In this document: piece after piece, positions 20,659 through 30,452 of the stretch
How positions within the stretch are numbered: position 1 is the stretch's first letter
Layout: every line of letters starts with the position of its first letter
Assembly: GCA_947444925.1 (NCBI GenBank)
Contig: CANFBW010000012.1
Span: 4,281-68,280 of the forward strand
Source of the DNA: Flavobacteriales bacterium
GTDB taxonomy: Bacteria > Bacteroidota > Bacteroidia > Flavobacteriales_C > GCA-002722245
Direction: 5' to 3'
Length of the DNA stretch: 64,000 bases
The notes under the pieces: generated by a model
The model's input: only the letters and a program-made list of their open reading frames with translations
Databases searched by the model: none
What the model was told of the DNA's origin: nothing
Made by a program: the position numbers and the translations under genes

Positions 20659-21363
20659 ATGAAAAAAGAAGCCGCAGGAAATTGTTCGACTTGTAGAAAT
20701 CAGTCGTGTTTAATCAAGAAAAATTACGGCGCCCACAACTATGATGTGGTGCAAGAAAATCACATTGTTATCGAATGCAAAAAAGGACAATCCTTTATCA
20801 TTGAAGGTGCTCCTGTTCACGGAATGTATTTTGTTTATTCTGGAAAGGCCAAAGTCACGAAATCTGGCTACCACGGCAAAGAACAAATTCTGCGCTTGGC
20901 TGCAGAGGGAGATATCATTGGTTTGCGCGGTTACAATCACCGCAAGGTATATCCAATTGCAGCAACTGCTTGGGAAGCAACTACCTTGTGCTACTTTCCA
21001 AATAAATTTTTCACGCAAGAGTTGCAAACGCACCATACTTTGGCTTATGAGTTGATGCTTTTTTACGCTGAGGAATTGGATAAAACAGAAGAACGCGTGA
21101 AGAAATTTGCGCAAATGACTGTTCGTGAAAAGGTAGTGGACGCATTGCTCAATATTTACGATCGTTTTGGACAAGATGAAGTAGGTTTGAAATTATTGCT
21201 TTCGCGCAGTGATCTTGCCAACCTTGCCGGTACCAACAGCGAACAGGTGATTAGGGTATTGATGACTTTGAAAAATGAAAAAAATATCAACTGTGAAGGC
21301 AAAAATATTTTTCTCGATAAAATTGACGTCTTGCGTAAAGAAGTGAGAGAGTATAATTATTAA
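20659..21363 (+). CDS. Crp/Fnr-family transcriptional regulator with N-terminal CxxCxxxxC (paralog 1)
   Basis: cNMP-binding fold (GKEQILRL..GDIIG), HTH LSRSDLANLAGTNSEQVIR, and CSTCRNQSC. Confidence 0.9.
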   Translation: MKKEAAGNCSTCRNQSCLIKKNYGAHNYDVVQENHIVIECKKGQSFIIEGAPVHGMYFVYSGKAKVTKSGYHGKEQILRLAAEGDIIGLRGYNHRKVYPIAATAWEATTLCYFPNKFFTQELQTHHTLAYELMLFYAEELDKTEERVKKFAQMTVREKVVDALLNIYDRFGQDEVGLKLLLSRSDLANLAGTNSEQVIRVLMTLKNEKNINCEGKNIFLDKIDVLRKEVREYNY

Positions 21364-21576
21364 ATGATTATCCGCAATTGTACCAGACTTGTGACAGAAG
21401 TGGCGCTAGATCCTTCAAAGACCGAAACTTCGTTTCTCCTCTTAATCTCAAATCTCAGGAAGACAATCATTCTCGAAAAACCTATGTGGAAAATCGTTTG
21501 CATTTGTCCTCCTGAGGTACTCCGAAGGATCTATCGCCCTAAACATAAATCTACTGGTACGATTCCGGATAATCAT
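21364..21576. repeat. 213-bp nested inverted-repeat element, copy 1
   Basis: IR1 ATGATTATCCG 21364-74/21566-76; IR2 TACCAG 21381-86/21554-59; IR3 GGCG(C/A)TAGATCCTTC 21402-16/21524-38; IR4 CTCAGGA 21454-60/21510-16. Confidence 0.92.
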
Positions 21577-21606
21577 ATTATTAATATTCTTCCTGTATTG
21601 ATGTAA
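21364..21606 (+). CDS. Putative small ORF (80 aa) running through the nested-IR element
   Basis: ATG directly follows the Crp/Fnr stop (TAAATG) and a homologous ORF lies in copy 2. Coding status is unproven. Confidence 0.35.
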   Translation: MIIRNCTRLVTEVALDPSKTETSFLLLISNLRKTIILEKPMWKIVCICPPEVLRRIYRPKHKSTGTIPDNHIINILPVLM

Positions 21607-21622
21607 TTGTGCTGATTGGTGT

Positions 21623-21662
21623 AAACAAAAAAACCTGTCGTTTTCGACAGGTTTTTTTGTTT
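21623..21662. terminator. Bidirectional intrinsic terminator
   Basis: AAACAAAAAAACCTGTCG-TTTT-CGACAGGTTTTTTTGTTT, a perfect 18-bp stem between convergent genes. Confidence 0.85.
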
Positions 21663-21675
21663 GTCACAACTTTTT

Positions 21676-24663
21676 TTATTCAATTTTCACGATGCGTATA
21701 TTGCTTTTTTGATCGAGGTATTGTGCTTCAACGAAATACATTCCCTGCGCTAAATTTTTTCCAAATACAATATTTTCATTGCTATTGAAATCATTGCCCT
21801 CAAAAACAAGAGCACCTTTGTAGTCGTAGATCTTGATCGCTACTTTTTCGTTTTGCGCATGCTCGAATCGCAAAATTGTTTCGTTGTAAAAAGGATTTGG
21901 AAAAGCGCTGGCCGGTGTGTTGCTATTTACTTCAATGATGCGGTCGTGATACAGCGCCGAACAATTATTGCCGATGCCTATCCAGTCTATGGTCACTGAG
22001 CCTGCAAAGGAGCTGTTGTACACCGCGTTTTTTCCAGTGATTGGATAGGTGTGGTAGCCGGGATTTAAATTAAATAGTAGTTTGCTAACATTACTGCTGT
22101 CCACTGATCCAGATGGATTGCCATTTGTGTTTTTAAAATGCTTGCTGAAATCTATGGTGAATGTTTGGTAGCTGGTTGTGAGTTCTAAATCAAGTGCTGT
22201 GTAATTGTCAGCAGCCATGTTGGCGCCATCTTGCATGGTCATACGCAATAATACATTAGACGAAGCTTTGGCTGTTATTTTTGCAATCGCGGCATACGAC
22301 GAACATGAAAAATCAATTGGCATGGCAGTGCTTCCGTCGTTTAGGCTATAGCTAAAGCTGTCCCATTCTTGATGGCCGTTAGCAGATACTTTCCATGAAT
22401 GATTGCTTTCTGTATGCGTAAATGCACTTGGCGTGGGAGACATCCATTTAACGCTGTTGTCGCTGAATTCGTCGCTAAACAAACACGAGGTAGGTTGAGG
22501 TCCAACGGTAACGTAGTTGATTTTTGTTTTGCTGCTGTTTGGACTGCTTCCGCCGATGGTAAGTGAAATGGTTTTACTGCCACTAGCACTGTATTGCACT
22601 TGCACAGGTCCAGCGCTTGTTGAGCTTGCTGGATTTGCACCTGCACCAAAATTCCATAGGTAGGTTTCGCCGCCCAATTTACCGGCGGTTAAATCGGTGA
22701 AGGTGATGGACGAGTTTAAACAAGTATTGATTTTGTTGGCTGAGAAATCAACTGTCAATGGGCAATTTCCACTCAGTGAAATTGCCAATGTTTTGGTGCT
22801 GCCTGAACACAATGCGCCATTGATTTCTGTAACAGTGATATCGCCACTATTAATAACAAAGTCGACTGTAATGGCTTTGCTTCCTTGCCCAGAAACAATG
22901 GTGGCACCCGCTGGAACCGTCCATGTAAAAGTAGATCCTGTTGAGCCTGTTACTGAATATGCTGCGCCTTTTAAGTTAAGGCATGTACTTGCTGGTCCAC
23001 TGATGGCTGAAGTGGCAGGCGTGCTACCTTGTGCTTTAAGATTATCAAAATAATATTGATGGTTGGTATAACTGTTTGGATTAAATAGCATTTGCATTTT
23101 GTCAACATCGCTGCCGTTTAAAGTCGGGTCAGGTGTTGCCAACCAACTAAAAGTAAGTGTTGTCCAGGTATTGCTTGCTCCAGTTTTTGCAGTGTATTGA
23201 CTGTGTATGCCGTTGGGATAGCCCTGTGGTGATTTTGCACTGTTGAGAAATTCAATGGTGATTGATGTTCCTGACGGCGCGCTACTGCGCACATCCATTG
23301 TGAATTTGCGCACGCCGGTTTTAAAATCGTCAGGATTTCCTACTTTAAATGAGGTGAAGGAAAGTACGTCGTATTGCACACCTGCATTGCGCGAATAGGA
23401 TGCACAGGTAGCAGAGGAATTGCTTCCGCCTGCACCTGGATTATTGCTATTGTTGCTGTATGAACCATCTGAATTGTTGCTGCCCAGATTACTGTTGTTT
23501 TCAAAATCACTGATGATTAGCGAGCAGGTATTGGTGATTGCTTTTACTGGGAATGAAACGTTTACTGGACTGCATGCATTGGCATTGCCATTGCCATCGG
23601 CATCAATGATCACCGATACATTTGCTGACAATGGAGCGTTGTATGCTACGCTGATTGTTTTGCTTCCTTGTCCGCTTAAAATACTTGCGCCTATTGGTAC
23701 CGACCAAGAATAAGTAGCGCTAGGTCCGGCATCGCTTGCGCTGTAGCTTTGTGTTTCGCCAACAAAAGAAATTTTTGGTCCTGTTACAGAAAGTGGGGAG
23801 CCGTTGCTGTACACGCGAACATAATCCACATACATTGAAACAGGGTAGTCGGCATTTACAGGCACAGCATTTCCGGTGTATGATCCACCGACAGCGAGGT
23901 TTAAAATCAAGAAGAAATCTTTTGCATCAAAAGGCCAGTCACTGGATTTCGCACCGGTGGAGCCTATGGTGGTAGGTGTGTGGGTTGCTGTGACAACACC
24001 ATCTACAGAGAAAATAATTTTTGCGGGTGACCAATCTACGGCATATACATGATAGTCGAGTGACCAGTCGGTGCCTGTATTGTAACTGTTGTAGTTGTAT
24101 TGGTGATTGCCACAAGGGGTACAGTAATAATGCACCGTTTGCGTTGCGTTTTTTGGTGTTTTGTTTTGGGTTTCCATAACATCGATTTCACCGCCGTAAG
24201 GCCAAGTGCCACTTGTAGGTAGCATCCAGAAGGCTGGCCAAATGGCAGAGGTGGATGGTACTTTGATGCGTGCTTCATAGCGCCCATATTTCCAAGATTG
24301 TTTGCCAACGGTTTCGATTTTACCCGATGTGAAGTCGCTGCCTGAATTGTTGTAATTCACTTGTCGACGTGCAGTGAGTACTAAATTGCCGCCAGTGACA
24401 TTTACATTGTTGGTGCTGTTGGTATAATATTGTCTTTCTCCGTTTCCAAATCCGCATCCCGATGAACCGTTGCAACCATTGCCTATTACATAGGACCAGT
24501 TGTTGGTGTTGAGTACTGATCCGTCAAATTCATCTGACCATACAAGGTTGTTGCATTGTGAAAATGATTGATGAGAAAGGAGTGTTAGCAAAGTAAAAGA
24601 AAATGTTTTGCACCATTTTTTTGTACTTTCTAAGTTGATTTTGTTGAGTACTTGTTCTTTCAT
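21676..24663 (-). CDS. GH16 laminarinase-like beta-1,3-glucanase with PKD/CBM-like modules and a T9SS type A C-terminal domain
   Basis: LVWSDEF, WPAFWMLP and GEIDVME catalytic motif; C-terminal AFPNPF...GMYFV...RIVKIE. Confidence 0.88.
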   Translation of the reverse strand: MKEQVLNKINLESTKKWCKTFSFTLLTLLSHQSFSQCNNLVWSDEFDGSVLNTNNWSYVIGNGCNGSSGCGFGNGERQYYTNSTNNVNVTGGNLVLTARRQVNYNNSGSDFTSGKIETVGKQSWKYGRYEARIKVPSTSAIWPAFWMLPTSGTWPYGGEIDVMETQNKTPKNATQTVHYYCTPCGNHQYNYNSYNTGTDWSLDYHVYAVDWSPAKIIFSVDGVVTATHTPTTIGSTGAKSSDWPFDAKDFFLILNLAVGGSYTGNAVPVNADYPVSMYVDYVRVYSNGSPLSVTGPKISFVGETQSYSASDAGPSATYSWSVPIGASILSGQGSKTISVAYNAPLSANVSVIIDADGNGNANACSPVNVSFPVKAITNTCSLIISDFENNSNLGSNNSDGSYSNNSNNPGAGGSNSSATCASYSRNAGVQYDVLSFTSFKVGNPDDFKTGVRKFTMDVRSSAPSGTSITIEFLNSAKSPQGYPNGIHSQYTAKTGASNTWTTLTFSWLATPDPTLNGSDVDKMQMLFNPNSYTNHQYYFDNLKAQGSTPATSAISGPASTCLNLKGAAYSVTGSTGSTFTWTVPAGATIVSGQGSKAITVDFVINSGDITVTEINGALCSGSTKTLAISLSGNCPLTVDFSANKINTCLNSSITFTDLTAGKLGGETYLWNFGAGANPASSTSAGPVQVQYSASGSKTISLTIGGSSPNSSKTKINYVTVGPQPTSCLFSDEFSDNSVKWMSPTPSAFTHTESNHSWKVSANGHQEWDSFSYSLNDGSTAMPIDFSCSSYAAIAKITAKASSNVLLRMTMQDGANMAADNYTALDLELTTSYQTFTIDFSKHFKNTNGNPSGSVDSSNVSKLLFNLNPGYHTYPITGKNAVYNSSFAGSVTIDWIGIGNNCSALYHDRIIEVNSNTPASAFPNPFYNETILRFEHAQNEKVAIKIYDYKGALVFEGNDFNSNENIVFGKNLAQGMYFVEAQYLDQKSNIRIVKIE

Positions 24664-25104
24664 AGCAGGGGTATTGGTTTGGGGTTTTATTTTGGGTTTG
24701 TGAATTTAAATTGCGTTTTGATCTCAATAGTGTGAACGTATAAAATTCTTGTTTTCAATGTGTTGGCGTAATTGGAAAAAATCGTACACGCGCTTGCGTA
24801 GCACTTTAATTATTTGCACAATAGAATTTGTATCTGATATTTTCATATCAATTTGCTTTAGTGCCATCAAACATGGCGGTTAATAAAAGTATTTGTGAAT
24901 TGTGTTTTTGCGGGAAATCAATGTATGTGTAAAGCGAAGTTTTGCTGACTTTACATTTTGATGTTCCTGAGTCGAGGACTTAAGGTGGGAATTATTTTTG
25001 AATAGGCAAAATAAAAACGCACTGAAAGCAGTGCGTTTTATTTTTTTGATGTATGCTTTTATTTGATAGATTTTTTTTTGCAAACAGCTGCTGTAGAAAT
25101 GCAG

Positions 25105-25692
25105 TTATTTCGTTTCTTCTTTTTTAGTGGTTTCTGTACTGAATTTGTAAACGACGCTAAATGCTAAGCCACTTGTTGAGAAACCAGAGCTGATACCTGC
25201 TAAAGTTTTACCTGAAAGAGCTCCCACAGATGCACTGATGCTTGGTATTGCCTCAAGGTTAATGTACATTTTAGGTGAAAGGTCATATTGCAAACCCAGC
25301 ACATAGCCGAGTCCGAGCATAAAGGTTGCATTGCTGTTTAAAGAGTAGGCCATCAATGAAAAAGCAGGTTCGAAACCGTGGATGAATTGCAGATTGGGAG
25401 CAATATTTTTTCTTTTTTCTGTACCAATGGCAAATTGAGCGTTGAACTGACCCTGTGTAGAGCCTCCTAATGTTGATAATCCAATATTCGCAGCGCCCAA
25501 GCGGTATCTTCTGAATTTATTTTCGGCTTTTTGTGTTTTGTACACGAAGTCAAATGAACTAAGGTCAGAGAAGCGCACACCTACTTCTCTGTTTTGAACT
25601 TGTGCATTGCTGTTTGTTGCCATAAATAAAGAAAGTGCTAAGCTCCATTTTGTCATTGCACGAAGTCTTGTAAAAAATGTTTTTGATTTCAT
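25105..25692 (-). CDS. Exported hypothetical protein, probably a small outer-membrane beta-barrel
   Basis: Signal peptide ending NAQ, amphipathic beta-strands, and a C-terminal FSVVYKF strand. Confidence 0.55.
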   Translation of the reverse strand: MKSKTFFTRLRAMTKWSLALSLFMATNSNAQVQNREVGVRFSDLSSFDFVYKTQKAENKFRRYRLGAANIGLSTLGGSTQGQFNAQFAIGTEKRKNIAPNLQFIHGFEPAFSLMAYSLNSNATFMLGLGYVLGLQYDLSPKMYINLEAIPSISASVGALSGKTLAGISSGFSTSGLAFSVVYKFSTETTKKEETK

Positions 25693-25988
25693 TTGTTCGT
25701 TTCAATTTAAGTTTAGGTTTATTGATGCTTTGTGCACCAAATTTTTTCAACTGCTGTTTGTAGCAAAGAGCTTGTTATTATGGTTTGTAGCTAATAAATA
25801 GACTAAATTATTTAAGGATAATATCTGCCATTTGGCAGTTAAATTCACTTCAAATGCAGTCTTTTATTTTGTGAATTAACATTCTGTATACTGCATCCTG
25901 TCATTGAATTCGCGTGCCTCTCCTCATAACTTTGTTTCATCAAATCGATCGAAAGTAAAGTACCTATTATAAACTAAAACCGAAGAAG

Positions 25989-27377
25989 ATGAAAAAAAGA
26001 TTACTGATTTTAGCCACGGCTTGGTTGAGCATTGTTTCAACTGCGACAGTGCAAGCGCAATTGACAGCTGGTGCACAAATTCGAACAAGAGGTGAATACC
26101 GCAACGGACAAGGGACGTTGTTGAGTAAAAATGCAAACATTTATCCCGATTATTTTATTTCGCAACGAACACGAATGTTTGCTGGATACACAGGATATCG
26201 TTTTAAAACTTACGCTTCGATTCAAGATGTGAGGGTTTGGGGACAAGATTCATCAACCATAAACAGAACCACATCGGGATTGCTGAATGGCATTTTAGTA
26301 AATGAGGCTTGGGGTGAGATCATGTTAAATGACACTGCGCCGAAAAGTAAAATTGAAAATTTGTCACTAAAAATTGGTCGACAAGAAATTGCTTACGATG
26401 ACCAAAAAATTCTAGGATCGTTGGATTGGTTGCAGCAAGCGCGTAGGCATGATGCAGCGGTGCTGAAATTCTCAAACAAAGGATGGACCGCTGATTTGGG
26501 GGCGGCCTACAATCAAAATGCAGAAAGCGGCAAGGATATTTCCTACAATGGAAGTCCCTCTTCATACGCTGCCGGCACAAATGCCATTGGCACCATGTAC
26601 AAATCAATGCAGTATTTGTATTTAGGTAAAAAGTTTTTCTTTGGTGATGCCTCTTTACTTTGTTTTAAAGATGACTTTAGTAAATATACCAAACCTAGTG
26701 CGGCGTCTCCAATAAAAAATTACGGTAATGCCGTATGGAGCAGAATCACCACAGGTGCATATATCAACGCTACTATTAAAAGAAGATTGTTGGTGACAGC
26801 TTCGTATTATCACCAAATGGGACAAGACAAAGATGGTGTGACAATGGATGCAAACTTGGTATCGATCACCACTTCCATGCAACTTGGAAGAAAATTGTTT
26901 GTTGGACCAGGAGTGGATTATTTATCTGGAAACGACGGCACAAAAGCACTTACGGCAAGTTCTACCAATCAACGTTTTGACCCCTTGTATGGCACGCCTC
27001 ACAAATTTTGGGGAACGATGGATTATTTCTACGTAGCTAGCGGTTCAGGCAAACAAGGTTTGGTAGATATGTTTTTTAAAATCAAATACAATCTTAAAGA
27101 CAATCTGACTTTGTTGCTCGATGTGCATGGATTTGAAGTGGCCAATACTTTGTCGAATGGTAAAGGAGGAGCACAAAATCCTTACTTGGGAACCGAAGTT
27201 GATTTCACACTAAAATACAATATGACAAAAATCATCAATATAGAAGCAGGTTACTCGTACATGGCGGCAACAAATTCAATGGCGTCAGCGCAAGTTAAAA
27301 ATGTTGCAAACCCTAATTTGAGTGCGTCTTGGGCCTATGTTATGGTGTCAATCAAACCTAATTTTTTAGCGAAATAA
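25989..27377 (+). CDS. Alginate-export (AlgE-like) family outer-membrane porin
   Basis: RTRGEYRNG, SQRTR, QDVRVWG, GRQEIAYDD, W.QQARRHDA and YGTPHKFWG motifs; first gene of the nitrate transport operon. Confidence 0.82.
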   Translation: MKKRLLILATAWLSIVSTATVQAQLTAGAQIRTRGEYRNGQGTLLSKNANIYPDYFISQRTRMFAGYTGYRFKTYASIQDVRVWGQDSSTINRTTSGLLNGILVNEAWGEIMLNDTAPKSKIENLSLKIGRQEIAYDDQKILGSLDWLQQARRHDAAVLKFSNKGWTADLGAAYNQNAESGKDISYNGSPSSYAAGTNAIGTMYKSMQYLYLGKKFFFGDASLLCFKDDFSKYTKPSAASPIKNYGNAVWSRITTGAYINATIKRRLLVTASYYHQMGQDKDGVTMDANLVSITTSMQLGRKLFVGPGVDYLSGNDGTKALTASSTNQRFDPLYGTPHKFWGTMDYFYVASGSGKQGLVDMFFKIKYNLKDNLTLLLDVHGFEVANTLSNGKGGAQNPYLGTEVDFTLKYNMTKIINIEAGYSYMAATNSMASAQVKNVANPNLSASWAYVMVSIKPNFLAK

Positions 27378-27404
27378 TAGATCAGCTCATCAACAATTAA
27401 TCTT

Positions 27405-28634
27405 ATGAAAATGAAAAAAATAGTAAATAAAATAAAAGCAAAAATCACCACCAAGGCGTGGGCGTTAATGCTGCTAACAACAAGTGCTTTATCTGTAGAA
27501 GCATCCGAACCTGTTAAGTTGGGATTTATTCCGCTCACCGACTGTTCGCCAATTGTGATGGCAAAAGAATTGGGCCTGTTTAAAAAATATGGTGTTGAAG
27601 TGATTGTTACGAAAGAAGCTTCGTGGGCCAATGTGCGTGATAAAATATTAACTGGTGAATTGGATGGCGCACACTGTTTGTTCTCTATGCCTTTCTCAGT
27701 GTACACAGGTGTTGGAGGTAAAGCCGGATCTGAAATGAAAATTGCAATGATGCTCAATGTAAACGGTCAGGCAATTACTTTGTCAAATGACTTTTGCGGC
27801 AAAGTAGGATTTCGTCAAATGAACAAAGTAGCACCGGTGGTAGCTGCTAAATTGAAAGCTGAAAGAGAAGTGACTTTTGCGATGACTTTTCCTGGTGGAA
27901 CGCATGATTTGTGGTTGCGCAACTGGATGGCGATTGCAGGTGTGAGCCAAAAAACATCAAAAATTATCACCATTCCACCACCGCAAATGGTAGCGAATAT
28001 GAAAGTTGGAAACATGGATGGATATTGCGTTGGTGAACCATGGGGAGGTGTAGCGGTGAAGCAAGGAATTGGATTTACACAAATTGCTTCTCAAGACATT
28101 TGGAAAGATCATCCTGAAAAAGCACTCGTGGTAAACAAAGACTTTAGCGTGCAACGCAGAGAAGATTTGAAGAAAGTAATGATGGCTATTTTAGAGGCAT
28201 GTATTTGGTTAGACAATCCTGCCAATCGTAAAAAAGCAGCGGCCATCATAGGTAAAGCGCCTTATGTTAACGCTCCTGCCGATGTTATTGAATCTCGTTT
28301 GATGGGTAATTATGATTTGGGATGCAGTCAAGGGATTCAGGTTTATGCAAAAGATTACATGTTGTTTCACAAAGGCGGCATGGTGAATTTTCCTCGTAAA
28401 TCATATGGCATTTGGGCGATGGCACAATACGTAAGATTCGGAATGCTAGATGAAATTCCGAATTACAAAGCGATAGCAGATAAATTGATTTTACAGGACT
28501 TGTACAAAGAGGTTGCTGCAGCAATGAAGGTGAAAGTACCAGACGACGATATGAAGCCTTTCGCACTCACTTTGGATAAAACGGTTTTTGATCCACTGAA
28601 TCCAGCTGCGTATTTGAAAGTAGCTACTAAATAG
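27405..28634 (+). CDS. nrtA: CmpA/NrtA-family nitrate ABC transporter substrate-binding protein
   Basis: LGFIPLTDC, SWANVRD, TFPGGTH, PPPQMVAN, CVGEPW and IWKDHPEK motifs. Confidence 0.88.
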   Translation: MKMKKIVNKIKAKITTKAWALMLLTTSALSVEASEPVKLGFIPLTDCSPIVMAKELGLFKKYGVEVIVTKEASWANVRDKILTGELDGAHCLFSMPFSVYTGVGGKAGSEMKIAMMLNVNGQAITLSNDFCGKVGFRQMNKVAPVVAAKLKAEREVTFAMTFPGGTHDLWLRNWMAIAGVSQKTSKIITIPPPQMVANMKVGNMDGYCVGEPWGGVAVKQGIGFTQIASQDIWKDHPEKALVVNKDFSVQRREDLKKVMMAILEACIWLDNPANRKKAAAIIGKAPYVNAPADVIESRLMGNYDLGCSQGIQVYAKDYMLFHKGGMVNFPRKSYGIWAMAQYVRFGMLDEIPNYKAIADKLILQDLYKEVAAAMKVKVPDDDMKPFALTLDKTVFDPLNPAAYLKVATK

Positions 28635-28738
28635 AAAAAAAATAATGCTTACATAAAAGGAGGGTGGTGCAAAAGGATGGAGGTGGCGCCACCACTTTTT
28701 ACAAAAGAAAAATAGTCAACACATTAAATTTAGATGAA

Positions 28739-29620
28739 ATGTCAGAAACTGAAACATTAACAATGACGGAAAGCGAAAACGTAGAAAGTGCAATTCCATT
28801 AAAAGAAGAAACACAAAAAGAGAATAAGATGAAATATTATTTATCTATAGTTATTGATAAAAGTAAATCGCTCTTCTTTGCCTGTATTGGTTTGTTGCTC
28901 TTTGGCGGGTTTTGGAGTTTTATGAGTAGCTATACTGAAAATGAATTGCCTGGACCAGTTGCCACATTAACAGTGATGCAAGAAATGTTGAGTGATCCGT
29001 TTTACGATTATGGACCTAACGACAAAGGCATTGGGTTGTTGTTGGTGGCCTCTGTAGGTACCGTTCTTTCAGGGTTTTTAATCGGATCGGTAGTGGCGAT
29101 CCCCTTGGGTATACTGATGGGTGCAAGCAAAACATTCAAACAGATTTTATATCCCTTGGTACAATTGCTAAAACCAGTTTCTCCTTTGGCATGGTTTCCA
29201 ATTGGACTCGTAGTTTTTAAAGATACGGGCATGGCGACAATTTTTATCGTTTTTATTACTTCGCTATGGTCAACAGTAATCAATACTTCTTTTGGTATTG
29301 GTTCTATTCCGCAAGATCACAAAAACGTAGCGAAGGCTTTTGGTTTTTCAAAATGGCGCTATCTCACTAAAATATTAATTCCGTTTAGTTTACCGCACAT
29401 CATCACAGGTTTGCGCTTGAGTATTGGCGTAGCGTGGCTGGTGATTGTGGCAGGTGAAATGCTTTCAGGTGCATCTGGTATAGGTTTCTTTGTTTGGGAC
29501 AGTTGGAATGCGTTGAGTTTAGAAAAGGTGATTTCTGCCATTCTGATTATCGGTATAGTGGGTTTGCTTTTTGACAAGCTCTTTACATTTATCGAAAACA
29601 AAGTTTCTTACAAAGCCTAA
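28739..29620 (+). CDS. nrtB: Nitrate ABC transporter permease
   Basis: PFYDYGPNDKGIG, KPVSPLAWFP and TGLRLSIGVAWLVIVAGEM. The start at 28739 is uncertain. Confidence 0.88.
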   Translation: MSETETLTMTESENVESAIPLKEETQKENKMKYYLSIVIDKSKSLFFACIGLLLFGGFWSFMSSYTENELPGPVATLTVMQEMLSDPFYDYGPNDKGIGLLLVASVGTVLSGFLIGSVVAIPLGILMGASKTFKQILYPLVQLLKPVSPLAWFPIGLVVFKDTGMATIFIVFITSLWSTVINTSFGIGSIPQDHKNVAKAFGFSKWRYLTKILIPFSLPHIITGLRLSIGVAWLVIVAGEMLSGASGIGFFVWDSWNALSLEKVISAILIIGIVGLLFDKLFTFIENKVSYKA

Positions 29621-29641
29621 AAAAACATTTAAAAAATTATT

Positions 29642-30448
29642 ATGAGCTATTTAGAAATTAAGGATTTGGAAATTTCTTTTCCAACACCAGAAGGAAAATA
29701 CGTTGCGGTGCGCGACATCAATCTGTCGATTGAAAAGGGAGAAATTATTTCTATCATCGGACACTCTGGGTGCGGTAAATCAACCATTATGAATGCCATT
29801 GGAGGAATGACTATTCCAACAGGTGGTTCTGTAGAATTGGCTGGTAAAAAAATTAAAGGTCCCGGTCCAGACAGAGGTATCGTATTTCAGAATTATTCTC
29901 TTTTACCGTGGTTGACGGTTTATCAAAATATCTTTCAAGCTGTTGATGCGGTAATGGATTGTTCTAAAAAAGAAAAGCAAGAAATTGTGACGAACAATTT
30001 GAGCATGGTGAGCTTGTTGCAGCACAAAGACAAGTTGCCAGGACAGTTGTCTGGTGGTATGAAGCAACGCGTTGCCATCGCAAGAGCTTTTGCGATTAAT
30101 CCGGGAGTGCTTTTACTTGATGAGCCCTTTGGTGCTTTGGATGCACTCACTAAAGGTACAATGCAATTGGAATTACTTAAGCTTTGGAATTTAAGCGGTC
30201 GTGATAAAACAATTGTGATGATCACACACGATATTGAAGAAGCTATATTTTTATCGGATAGGATTGTGGTGTTGAACAACGGACCAGCGTCTACCATCAG
30301 AGAGATTGAGAATGTTCATTTACCGCGCCCGCGCAACAAAATTGAAATTGTGAAAATGCCTGAATACCTTGAAATAAGAGACCGATTGTTGCATTTGCTT
30401 ACCGATAAGTTTTCGGTTGAAGACATGGGTGTGGTTTATAAAAAATAG
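29642..30448 (+). CDS. nrtD: Nitrate ABC transporter ATP-binding subunit
   Basis: GHSGCGKS, LSGGMKQR and LLDEPFGALDALT motifs. Confidence 0.85.
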   Translation: MSYLEIKDLEISFPTPEGKYVAVRDINLSIEKGEIISIIGHSGCGKSTIMNAIGGMTIPTGGSVELAGKKIKGPGPDRGIVFQNYSLLPWLTVYQNIFQAVDAVMDCSKKEKQEIVTNNLSMVSLLQHKDKLPGQLSGGMKQRVAIARAFAINPGVLLLDEPFGALDALTKGTMQLELLKLWNLSGRDKTIVMITHDIEEAIFLSDRIVVLNNGPASTIREIENVHLPRPRNKIEIVKMPEYLEIRDRLLHLLTDKFSVEDMGVVYKK

Positions 30449-30452
30449 AGAG

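Noticed and set aside
21364-21576. 213-bp element as a hammerhead or other self-cleaving ribozyme
   Set aside because: CTGAG and CGAAAC occur, but I could not build a CUGAnGA...GAAA...UH core with the required stems on either strand.
25826-25850. Sigma-54 promoter upstream of the porin-nrt operon
   Set aside because: TGGCAG is present, but the -12 position reads TTCA rather than TTGC.
28655-28700. Hairpin between nrtA and nrtB, and a similar one at 46676-46709
   Set aside because: These look like ordinary intercistronic stabilising hairpins, with nothing further to support them.
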